Origin: Podarcis bocagei
Lineage: Eukaryota
DNA length: 64,000 nt
Assembly: GCA_964188305.1 (NCBI GenBank)
Contig: OZ076885.1
Strand: one strand, 5' to 3'
The first letter of the stretch is position 1, and each line of letters begins with the position of its first letter. The position numbers and the translations under genes were made by a program. The notes below the pieces were generated by a model. It ran no database searches and was not told where the DNA came from. It was given only the letters and a program-made list of their open reading frames with translations. This document shows positions 1 through 27,300 of the stretch, piece after piece.

Positions 1-2577
1 CCACCTGGGGGAGATGGGTGCACCCTCCAGATCTCAGCCAGATCGCCTAGCCTGCCAGCAACCTCGGCACATCGAGCTGCTGTTTCTGCCAGTCCTGGGC
101 CCAAATGCTCTTACCTGCAGCATGGACTTAAGAACAGGGGCAAAGCAGTGCTCCATCTAGCTCTGTGATGGGCGAACCAGGCCTCTGTCAGGCTGCTATA
201 TATGGCCACCGAACCCAAGGTAGCTTTGCTGCGCTTTCCTTCTTGCCATTATTGCCAAGGCATGGAAGGAGGTGCAATGAAGCAGAAGTGGGTGGAGAGA
301 TGACACACCTCCAAGTCTGGGATTCAGTCTGGGAGATCTGGGTTGAAATCCTACCTTTGCCACGGGCCCGTTGTGTGGCTTTAGCCGCCTCCTTGTTGTT
401 CGTCCTCAGTTCGCTGTGTTGCGGAATGGGAACAGCCTACCTCGTGGTAGTTGCGTAGAACAAAATATTGCAAAAGAGTTATTTTTAAATGAAAAGCACC
501 CTGTGGGTGATATGTAATAACAGCAGCGAGGTCTCTGTTCCAGGTTGCCCGTCCTCATTGCCTCCCCCCCCCCCCGCAAGGATGCCAACCTCTCTCCACT
601 TGTGAGAGGATCATTTCTACCTGTGCTTGGGAACAGGGTGGATTAACACTCTCCACCATGTGCTGGGTAAAGCAAGTTGGGTTGTGGGGAAGGGGATCCT
701 CCCCCCCCCCATGTAGAGAGAATGAAAGGCAAAGGAGGGGCACTCCCAGATGGGGTCACCCACCCTGCCAGTTAGGATTACCCAGCAAAGTGCCGCTGGC
801 GGGGAGCAAACAAGGAGCCTTTGTGTCCTCTGCCTGGTCTCCCAGCAGCCCAGCAGTGGGGTGGGAGGGGTGGGATCTTTGTGGCTGTGTGGTGCCTTGA
901 AAGAGAATAAAGGAAGCCAGGAGACTCCACCGGTGGTGTCTTTCCCAGCAAAGGATGGGGCAGGACGAGTACGAGGTATGCAAAACAAGGAGGGGGACTA
1001 TCAGAGGAGAGCTCTGTGTCAGGAGAGCAGGATCCGACCCAAAGTGGGAAGCTTTCAGGCTATAATGCCTGGTAGGGTTTGGCGGGCGCTGGGGGCGTGA
1101 GGAAACCCCAAAGCTGGAGGATACAGGAGTGGGAGATGGCCACTTTCCACTCATCGAGCTGTGTGCTGCCTGTCCATCACAGTCCAAAACTGATGATGAA
1201 ATCCCCCACCCACCCTAGCCTGATCCAAACAGTTTTGCTCAGGCTTTTGCCTGCAATAATACCTCTTCCCCACCCCGCCTGTTCTGTGGCAGCCCTGCCT
1301 CCTCCTAAGGCAGCAGTGCCCTATAGGCCTGGGCAGCCTATGAGATTCAGGGGATGAGACTACAACAGGTAGGTGTTAGGCATTTCCTTGGCACTCATCG
1401 ATACAGCCACCATTCTCAGGCAGGAACGCAGGGGGGCTAATTGTAGGCATTTTTTTCTTGATCTGCTGAGGTAGCTCTGTCCTTCTCCATCCAGGCCAGC
1501 TTTGAGATCTTTGTTGCCTGGGCACAAAGATCAAGTTTCATGGTGCTTTCCCCCCAAAAATAGCAGTATTTCAGTATTTGGGACCTATTGCCTGGGGTCA
1601 GTGCCCCACTGTATGACTGTGCATGGCTTGAGACAAAAGCTGGCGTAAAGAGGTGTGCCTTCAGCATTCACCCAAAGCTGTGTAATGAAGATACCAGACT
1701 CACCTCTGTGGGGAGGGAGGCGCACAACTTAGGGGCTGCCACAGATAATGCCTTCTCTCTGCCCCCCCCCCAAGTTTTGAGGTAGGATGAGAACTTCCAT
1801 GCATTTACTGCATGTATAACACAGGGCTCCCATGATGTCTTTGGGGATCAGTTTCTGTGGGCAGCATCTTGCTGGAAGCAGTGTCAGAGCCTAGACTCAG
1901 AATTCTTCTTCTGAGTTCCTTCCAGCAGAAGTCTGGAGCGTGTCAACAAGAGACAAGGCCTTTTCAGTGGTGACTCCTCTCCTCACAACCCTTCATTCCC
2001 TCCCTTCATGGAACGCTCTCCCCAAACAGACTTGGCCACATGCCTTTTCAATGCCTGGCAAAACTTTTATCTTTCCCCAGACATTTCATTCTGCTATTTT
2101 TGTGGACTTTTCCTGGCTAGTTAATTTTAATAGTGATTATGTTTAGACATTTTGTGCTGTAACTTGTCTCGAGACTATTTTGTATGAAGCAGAGTCACCA
2201 ACAGAATTAAGGCAAGGGTGGGGAATGTTTTCCAGACCGAGGGCCACTTTCCCTTCTAAGGGCCACATCTCGGTGGTGGGTGGTGCCGGGGCAAATGTGG
2301 GTGGAGCAGTGCAGATTGTACCTTTGTACAATAGTCTAGCTTCTACAAACACACACCCCTTTCTGTCCTCCATCTGGGCAGCCAAAGCATTATCAGAGCT
2401 TAAGGGCACATTCCAGCCAGGCAAAAACACCCAAGGAGGGTGCAAAGCGGATCCAGTATGTGTGTGATACCGAGAGTGCCTGAGAGCCACGTAGAGAGGC
2501 TTGTGGGACTTCATTTGGGCTCTGTGCTACCCCTTTGGTTATGGCCTTCAAAGTGACTATTGTTTCCTGTCCTCCAG

Positions 2578-17582
<15,005 letters not shown>

Positions 17583-18953
17583 CCAAGCAACGAGAACTAC
17601 TGAGCAGCTGACAGTGACAACAGCAAATCCTGCAAGGATGTGGCTTCGAAGCCAAAAAGACAGCAGCTGCCACCTCTGCTGTTAGATTTCTGAACCTCCT
17701 CTGTATGGCATAAAGGGGGAAATGCTCAGGCACCCAAAGCACACAGATGATCCACCAAGTTAGCAGTGAAGCCATGGAGACCAAACTGGAGGAAGACTTC
17801 AGGCTGCGTACGGTTCCCAGCATGCAGTTCTTCATGAGCAGGACCTGCACGTAGTGCTAGAGCAACTTCAGAGTATATTCTCCAAGCTACTGCCAGCATT
17901 CCTGGGAAAGCTGTTGCTTGGTGATCCAGGTGTATTATCAGGGAATTGTGAAAGGGGTGGGGGGTGGGGGGAGGCAGGGACCAGGGCTGCCTTGCCCCAC
18001 TGTTCTCCCCAGCAAAATGCCTTCCCTTGCAAAGATGAATGGAGTGTGGAGGTGGGGGGCATGCGTGAACATTTGCCAGGACTTTGTATACAACCACAGA
18101 GGGAGAAGCCTGCAGAATGGCTGTGTGTGTGTTTTTGTAAGTTCTGATTTTGAGGTGTCCCATTTTAATTTTCATAAACTCAAAAAAGTGTTTTCAGATC
18201 CCTGGATCCCGTTTTTAGTTTTGCCTGCGGGGGAGAAGGATTTCGAAAAGGATTAGGGTAACCCCATGACCCCCCTCCAGATGTTGGCAGACTACAACTC
18301 CCATCATCCTTATTGGGCCAAGCTGGGAGCTTGGAGTCATGCTGACAACAAAAGGTTCCCTATCTCAAAGGAGTTTTGGCTGGCAGGCAAATGGGATGGA
18401 GACCCTTCTCACTTCTGCACAACGGAGAGCACAGAGAGAAAGTGCTTCTCAAATGGGTCTGGTTTACTTGGATCCCTTGACTACAAGGACATGGAAAAAC
18501 AAGAGGGGACCTGGAGTCACGGAGACAGGGTAGAAAGGAAGAGCAGGGCACAGAAAAATAATAAGAAACGCCTCTCTATCCGCCTACCCAGCCCAGGTAG
18601 CTGCTTTTCTGTTTGGTGGCTCTATGGAGGCTGCTTTCAGAAGGACCTAAATGGTTCCTACTGTAAAGCTATTCAGCTCCAGGCAGTCTTGGGTTGTGTG
18701 GGCAAGTGATGGTGGCCCTGGCCAAGACTCTGGAAATTCTGCCCCTAGATCTTTAGACAGAACTATCCATGGGCCTAGCGCTGGAGAGAGTAACAGACAC
18801 AGAGGGGAAAAGGAGCCAATCCCTAGTTCTGATCAGTTTCAGCTTTATCTCTGCAGCGTCAGACATGAGTTTGTTGCCTTACTGCTTCTAACTCCAAGAA
18901 GGCACCACAAGTTAAAACAGCAACTGAAGGAAGAAGCCAAGAACAGTGGTCCT

Positions 18954-18959
18954 TTTATT
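18954..18959 (-). terminator. Candidate polyadenylation signal (AATAAA) of the novel gene
   Basis: TTTATT on the + strand about 540 nt downstream of the TGA. Confidence 0.55.
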
Positions 18960-19500
18960 GAAGGGGCTGGTTGTTTTACAGCACATTCCCCATTCCCACA
19001 ATCTCTCTCAGCAGAGGGTGCTTTAGGGTTTACATGCAAGAGTTCTTCAACTTTAGCTCCCAAGTGAAAGGGGGGGGGGGAGGAAACTGCCATATTTCGG
19101 GGGGGGGGGGGTTGTGCAGCACAGTGTCTGCATTAGGGCAGCTGCTGTTCCCCACTTGCTCTTCCCATATTTCTGTGGTGCTCTGACTTACTAGTCTAGC
19201 AATGATTGTCACCCTACTGCTTCCGTCCGCATGCTTGGCCATATCTGAAGATGCCAGAATAGGCTTGGCTATATATATATTTATATATGTGTGTGTGTAC
19301 CTGGCTTCTTTTAGCTCTGGCTGCCGGAAGCGGCTTTTGAGGGTCCTGTGCGGCAGTTTGCACAGCAACAATCCTGTCTGTTAGCTGTCGCTAACGCCAC
19401 CCATGTCCTCCGAAGCCAAGAAGAACCTCATGGGGGGTGGGGGAAGGGTCAGTGGGGCTCCAGTCTTGAGGAAAGTCCCAAGGCAGCACCCCGCTGAGGC

Positions 19501-19698
19501 TCAGTCGTCGTCCTGTTGCAGCTGCTGGTGCCTACTCTGGTACCACAACATGGTAGGAAGGTTCTGGCAGCCTTGGTAGCGGCGCTGGCGCTCCTCTTCC
19601 CCCAGGGGTGGCACAGAGTGGCAGGGCGCCCCTGCTAATGAGACGTTGAGCAGCTGGGCTGGGGTGCCCGAGCCAAAGACTGCAGACCATGGACCCAC
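19501..19698 (-). CDS. Novel gene exon 7 (VGPW...LNVSLAGAPC...YQGCQNLPTMLWY...DDD*)
   Basis: Acceptor ctcgttccttgcAG; 198 nt to TGA. Confidence 0.87.
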   Translation of the reverse strand: MGPWSAVFGSGTPAQLLNVSLAGAPCHSVPPLGEEERQRRYQGCQNLPTMLWYQSRHQQLQQDDD

Positions 19699-22600
19699 CT
19701 GCAAGGAACGAGAGAGATTGCTTCACTTAAGGTTGCCCTGGGCCACAACTCAATCCCTCGTCAGCATTAATGCTTATATAGCACTTCCAAAGCATCAGTG
19801 TTTCAGGTACATTATCTCAGTATCTTATACAATCAGCCTGTAAGGATGGCCAGTAAAGCAAACTGAATTAAGCCTGGCTGGCTGGCTTCCACATGCTCTA
19901 AAAATGGTAAGTTTCAGTGACTTCCTTTAGTTTGTTGCATCCAACCCTGTGCCATCACTTGGAATTAACCAATTTAGCCTGGATCCATTGCACTTGATTA
20001 AAAAAAATCAGTTCAAACTATCTTGAATTTACACACCTTTTTTCCTTTTAATGGCAATGGTCTGTTTTTGAGCAGTAAAACTAATTGGGATGTAACAAAA
20101 CACACGTTTTTCTTTCCAAAGGTGCCATATTGCACATCAAAAGACTCCTTTAGTGCAAGCTACCTTCCACAAACTTCAGATGTCATTCTCTAATTGTCAT
20201 CACAGATGGCCTGTGTGTCAGTTACATGAGCAAAGGTTGGCTCTGGCCATTTGCCAAGTTCTAGTTTTCAGCATTGCTGCCTCTACAGCTAAGCATTTAT
20301 TTTTCAGTCTGCCGTGCTGCCCAATTGATTCCCAACTCTTTCCCTACACACAGAGGAGAAACCAAACTGGTTGCAAGATGGTGCATAAGATGGCTTGGCC
20401 TTACCAGGAGCTGTGATCTGCCCTGAACTTGCTGCACAGCTCAGGCCAGTTTTCATCTATGTTAACTGGCTAAGCACCAATGTCCCTACTCCCCGCTCCC
20501 CTCCCCTGGAACTGGGAGTAGAGCCCAGGGAGTGCTGCCACCCAGTTAGTGATGCTGCCACTGGAAGCGGCCACTTTGAACTGGAGAGACACCTGTTGCT
20601 AATGCCACCTGCCAAAAACCAATTTGAGGACAGGCTTTCTAGTCACTATTTTGAGCCTCCTGGTATTATGTCCAGAACTAACATCTCTTGAGGGACCATA
20701 AATAGATGGCAGAGCATATGCATGCAGAAGGTACCAGGTTCGAAACCCAGTGTCCCCAGTTAAAAGGACCTGACAGCAGGCAACATGAAACCTGAGAGCC
20801 ACTGCCAGAGTAGACAACATTGGACAATTAGACTGACTCCATATGTTCCTATGCTCTGCAAACACCAAGCCTTGGACTCCCAACCATCACAGCCCACCTT
20901 CCTTCCACGGCACTTACCGGCAACAAATGCTGGAGGAGGCACTGGTCGGGCTGCAGTCCGGCCCAGAACTCGGCAAAAGCCGACCCACCGCTGGTGGTAG
21001 TGGTGGCAGTGGCAGTGGTGGTGCTACGTATGAGCACCACGTTGGGATGGCGCCGTGATGCCCGTAGCTTCTTCGTCAGTGGCCCCGGATAGCTCTGGTC
21101 AAGGAAGAGGAGAACCCGGCGAGCGTTGCAGCTCTCCAAGTCTGCTAGCAGCTCCGAGATGGGGTACCGCTCCTTAGGATCTGCCTGTTGCAGGGAAGGG
21201 ACAGCTCATCAGCACCTGCCCCTTGGTCACTGACACACATGCACACCCCTCCCTTCTCCACAGTTGGGAGATCAAGGGGATTCCACTGCCTGGGAGTTAA
21301 AAGGAGCGGATTAAATGGGGAAGAGCAAGACAGGGCGAGCACCCACTGCAAAGGCCGGTGTTGTTTTCTCCCTGCAGGCACACATGAAAGAGCTGGACGG
21401 CCCTTTGAAGGGAACAGAGGAGAGGAGAGGGCTGCAGCCTCCACCTGCAGTTCTGTCAGCATCTCTCCTTCCTCCAGTCGGGCTTCCCAGGACATGCTGG
21501 GACAGGTGGGATGACCTCCTCCTCCTCCACCACCCAACTGCCAAAAGTGGCTCACTTCACTTTCCATTTCCAGCCTAGGAAACCCCAAAGGAAACTTGGC
21601 AAATGGCCAAATGCAGGCCTTTGAGAAGGGATGGTGCCGCTTTGTATGTGTGCACAAGGATCTTAGGCAGCCGCCCCACACTTTCCTGCCCCAGTTGGGT
21701 TCACTTGGCACCCTGACTTCACTGCTCCCTGCCAGCAATTGATCATGGCTTACCCCCATGTGATAAATGCATGAGTGAAAGTCTCCTTTATATCGTTAGC
21801 ATCCCCATTCCCTGCTCGGCTAGGCAGGTTACATTAGCATCAATAGCCAAGGTCCTTTTCGGGATGTATCATGAGGAAGTAGGATTCATTCATTTAACAA
21901 GATGCATATACCGCTTGACTGCTGTAAAACCTCCAAGCGGTTTTACTTGTAAGTTAACCTGCTGCTGCTGCTTGCTTCATTCTGCACCAACCGGTAGCTT
22001 TTCCCAACACGCAACATTCATCAGTGCTTGGCTGACCACTGGGTAGGTGGCCTGTGGCTGTGGCTATTGTCACGGATTCAAAATTCTAACTTTTTAAAAG
22101 CGAGGAGCAATGAAGAACACCATGACGGGTTTCCTATTGGATTTCTATGGGTCAGCGTACGGCTGTCTCAATCCACCTGGAGACAATTCCTGGGCAGAGC
22201 CACAGACTCCTTGACAAAATAATATATTGAATAGCATTGCTGATGGGGACTAATTTAGACCATTTCCTCGATGTATTTCTCCCTCTGATCTCTCTCTGCC
22301 TCTGCCTAACTTACCTGGTGGGTTACTCCCCCCAATAAACTGGCAAGAGATGTGCCCCAAGAGATGATATCCCTGCTGTGAAATAAGCAGCACCACTTTG
22401 TAACTTGTGCGGTACTGTATTTCTTGTGCCCCCACACATTAATTCACATGTAGAGGTTGTGCACCAGAGGGAGGGTGGGAGGGAGAGAGGGAAGAGGCAC
22501 ATACCTTTCTCTCCTCCTACAGTGATGTTATACCTGGATCCATCATGCCACCCCACCATCCTCTGATAATACACACCCCATCCATCCTTAAGCTCTGGAG

Positions 22601-24266
22601 GGTTTTGGCTACACATGCAAAATTCCAGTAGGAGAGGGTTGATATCAATAGTGGGGACAGAGGATGGGATAGAACCTTCCTAATATCATAGCTAAGGCCA
22701 AAGGGCTAAAAAAACTGGACCATTCCCATCATACCTCAACAATGATGATAGATCAGCTTGGCTTGGCAATTTAAAAAAAAATCCTCAAAAAAAGAAAACA
22801 GCAGCAGGTTCATTTTGTCTCCTATACCCTTTTGAAATGTGGCTCTTTTGGGGGAGGTGTTATTAGGTTATTGTACTTATTTTGATTTTATATATTGTGA
22901 TCTTTTCTGTGAACCACCCTGAGACCTCTGGGTATAGGGTGGTATATAAATTCAATCAATCAATCATTCAATCAAAAAATGGCTTGTGATGTTTCGTAAA
23001 GAGAGTACAGAGACGAGTGCCTAGGACAACCAATGTTGGCAGCTCCATGGGCAAGTGCTGCCCTGCTCCTCCTAGACAGCCTCTCCCTGACTTCCAGCCC
23101 TGACCCCCCACTTACAATGCCATTACGGTTGGCATCCCACAGCAGCATGGTGCCATCGCTGGCTGCTGGGCTGTTGAGGTAGAGCACCAGCGAGTCGGCG
23201 CAGTGGAGGCTCCTGCAGACCAGAGCCAGGTGGGAGCGAATGGCCAGCTTCTCAGTGGCTGGGTGCACATCGCCCATCTCCACAGTCACTGTCCGGAAAA
23301 GAAGAGGGAGAGAGGGATCTGCTAATCCCGTGCCCCAAAGGCCTGTCTCCTCCCTCCAACCCACTCCAGTCTTGTACACCAAAGCAGCAGTCCCCCCCCC
23401 AGACCACCCAAAAACCATTGGTCTTGGCACACCACTTAATGTTTTTTCTGCCTGTTGTACCAATTGGAATACACCATGCTAGATGCTGCCTGATTTTTCA
23501 AGCTGTATTCTGAGTCCTTCTTATACGTTGCATTTTATTGTGTTCTGTCAATTCAAACTGTAATGTAATAAAATCCAAGGAAAGAAAAATGAAGAAGCAT
23601 TAAAATACAATTGAGTATTTAATGCGAACCACCTGAAAGAAGCTTGACCACAGTTTGGGAACACCTTCCCTGTGGCATCCTCATTCCTCCAACCACCACT
23701 TGCTCCCTGCCACCACATCCTGCTCATCTGGGAAGGGGCCAGAGTTGGGAGCAGCATGGGAATATTTACTAGGCTCTCTCATTAGCCCACTCTGCAAAAT
23801 GCCCCACAGGTGGTTTGGTCCATGCCGCGCAGGCCTGTAATTTTTGCAGGGACATGTAACCCAAAGGCGAGATTTCGCCAGGGCTAGATGCATTCACACC
23901 CAGCATTTTCTCAAGTGGGATGGACAAGTAGGGGGACACTCTGAAATGCAATACACCCCCCCCCCATGCAGAACCTTGGTGGCAGGGAGAAGGAAGTGCC
24001 AGGAACAGAGTCTTGCCTCTGAAGAGCAGCTCATGGCGTCCCGACACCCCTGAGTAGGGCTGGGGGGATATACTGATATATCAACCAAAACCAGTTTCTA
24101 GGCCACATTGTGATAAATGTTTCAAAATCAATGACCCAGCAATATATCGTGAATCACGTGTGTGTGCGTGCGCATGCATTATGCAAAAATCACGATATTT
24201 GGAAAAACAGGAAACTACCCAGTGCTTCTGTGTCTCCCTGAGTTGAATGAGCAGATGCTCTTCCCT

Positions 24267-24326
<60 letters not shown>

Positions 24327-27300
24327 CACACCTGCGCCTGGAAGCAGTCAGCAAAAAGCACGGTTTTGTGAAGCTAGCTGATGCTGAAATTTAAGGAAGT
24401 CCCTCCAGCTCGCGTGAGCAGGAGTGGCATGGGGACTTGCTCAGCTGTAGGGCCGGGCAAAGTATATCAACTGCTTCCTTCTCCCCTCCTTATCTCCTAC
24501 TCCCTTCTTATTTTAGACATCATGATATATCAGTCTATCACAATATTTAGCTGGCGCTTTATCACAATGTTGAAAACCAGATTATCGCCCAGCCCTACCG
24601 ATGGGCACTGAAAAGTCACCCACCCCCCTAAGGAAACCAAGAGCCCCGTCCCACCCTTGCAGCCGACAGCTAGCTCTCTTTTGTACTGGTACCTGAGGCC
24701 TGCCCCTCGCTCGCGAAGAAGGCCTTGATGTGCTCTTGGCGGAAGCCGTTCCGTCGAAGCATCTGGTAGAAGAGCAGCAGGTTCTGCGCATGGTGGGGGT
24801 AGGTGACCTGCTCCTGCCAGCCACCTGGGAGAGAAGCACGGTAAGCAATCCAGGGGGGAAAACATGGTGGAAGAGAGGCTGAAGCTGGTTGCAAGGGGCA
24901 TAGGAGCACTAACACTGCCCCTCAAGGAGACAAGGGGCTCATGCCCAGTAGAACAAAGCTGTAGCTCAGTAGCAGAGCATGTACTTGCACACAGAAAGAG
25001 CCGGGTTCAATCCCCGGCATCTCCAGATAAGGTTGGGCATGTCCGCTGTCTGAAGCCTTGGAGAGCCACTGCCAATCAGAGTGGCCAATACTCAGCTAGG
25101 TGGACCAATGAGCTGACGCACCACAAGGCTGAGCCTCCACTCAGATTCACCCTCATCCATCTGCTGGCCAAATGCAGTGCAAGCACTGCAAGCCAAATTC
25201 ACTGGCTTGCAGTGGTGTGCGGTCAGTGGACTGGGGCACTAGGCTAGTCCCCTAAATGTCCCCGCTAAATTAGAATATTGAAGTATTAAAGCCTGGTGCC
25301 TCCTTCCCAAAGCCCAGGAAGCTTCTGCCAGCTTAGGGATGGAGGCACGATGCTCCGACCAGGCCCAAGAGTCCTTCCACCACCTTCCCAAAGCCCACCT
25401 GGCCTGGGAAGCTTCAGCCCAGCTTAGGGAGGGACCAGTGAAAAAAAAGACAGTAATGGAACCAATAAATTACTGTGAAAATCCCTGAATTAAACAAGAA
25501 CTTGAGTTTTGTAGCCGGCATCTCGTTAAGTTCTTGTTCAATTCCAGTTTATTTTTTTTTATTTTTGTTATTCTATAGTCGATTACTTCTCGTTTCAGGG
25601 ATTTTCACGGTAAATTCTTTTGTTCCGTGTAACAGCTTAGGGAGGGAGGCTCGATGCTCTCTCACACACAATGTCGCCCCCTCCCTCAATCGCCCTCACA
25701 AGCTGGTGCCTCTGGCCCTAACTGTTACCCTAAGAAAAAAATCACCTCACACCACTGATGGCTTCAGATTCCCAGAACCAGCAGATCCTTGCAGCCCCCA
25801 GGCACCATTTCTCACCTGCAATCAGCACTGCGTGGTCACACGTCTGGTACATGCGGCAAGACTTGTACAACGGCAGCTGCTGCCGGTGGCATCGCCGCGT
25901 GTTCTTGTTGAGTTCGCAGTAAGCGGCCGTGGAGCTGGAGCTCGCAAGGGGCAGGGGCTCCGGGCAGGGGCTGTATCCACGGAGATCTGGGAAAGAAAAG
26001 AAAGTGTAGCAGGACGGCAGGAGGGGAAAGAATCTCAGGTCCAACAGACCCAGACAGACACCTGAATTCTCATGGGGGCCCCTTCGCAACGAGGTCTGGG
26101 TAACCACTGTTATCATCTTCAAAGGGGTTGCTCCACAACAGATCACCACACCTTTACAACATCTGAGCTACGGTCTCTCAGACCTTGGGATTATTGAAAT
26201 ATAGACAACAAAAAATGAATCCACTCATATGGGGTCTAAGAGACCCATTCTTTTTTTAAGCGATGGGGACGGAAGTTACTTCTGGGGCGCTGCCAGGATT
26301 CGGGGCCCTGAAGCTCAAACTTCATTTGTTTCAAAGTAGATCCACCTCTGGACACAGGAAATAAGAAAATGATTGGTGAGTCGAGGTGCCCTAGGCCAAG
26401 GGCAAACTTGGGACAATTAAGTTCCAGTTCTGTGGTGCTCCCTTCCAGCTGAGATTCCAACACCTATTGAAGACCTTTTCTGTTTCAGCAGGCACTTTAA
26501 GAAAGTTTTCTGCTTTTTTACAGTTTTAACTGATTAGTGTATCTTTTTAACCTTACTGTACACCGCTTAGGGACTAAGGTGTTAAGCGGTATATAAACTG
26601 TTGAAATAAATAAATAAAAAGGTGGTCACATTGTTCTCCCCCTTCCCATGTTGTCCTCACAACCAGGTAGGTTAGGCTGAGAGACAGTGACTGGCCCAAG
26701 GTCACCCTATGAGCTTCAAGGCTGAGTGGGGATTTGAACCTCAGTCTCCCAGGTCCTAACCACGCAATCTAACCACTGCACAAGACTGTCATCTACCTGC
26801 TACATCCCCTCTTCCTCCACTGCCCACTTACCAAGCTTTGGACTTCCTAAATCCTGAAAGTGGGGGAGTCTCCTTTGTGGTTTACAATCCTGATCCTGTA
26901 ACCCCGCCCCCCTCCACCCCACTGCCCATCCAATCCAGGGACTTACCCACGCAGTTCAGCCTTTGCAGGTGCTTGGGGTCCTGTGCCACCACTACCATGG
27001 GCAGGAAATGGATCTCACAGAGACCGACGGGGGGCTCCTCGCGGCGGATGCGTCCCACAGACCGCTGGCTCCTTCCCTTGCCACGGCCCGGTCGGCGCTT
27101 CAGCTGGTTCTCACAGCGGCTCCTCTGGGCTGGAATCAAGCATTCGTAGCCGCCTGCAGGCAAAGAGCAAACATGTCCAGAATAAAACCTGCTGAGAAAG
27201 TTCCCTATACAGGGCTGCCTTCAGGTGTCTTCTAAAAGTCAGATTGTTGTTTATTTCCTTGACATCGTTCCACAGGGCAGGTGCAACTACCGAGAAGGCC

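Noticed and set aside
1-2577. Short ORFs upstream of the first visible ABCB6 exon
   Set aside because: No resemblance to ABCB6 N-terminal exons and no convincing splice pairs; treated as intron.
24958-25025. tRNA-like A/B boxes
   Set aside because: Degenerate cloverleaf that continues into a SINE body; not a tRNA gene.
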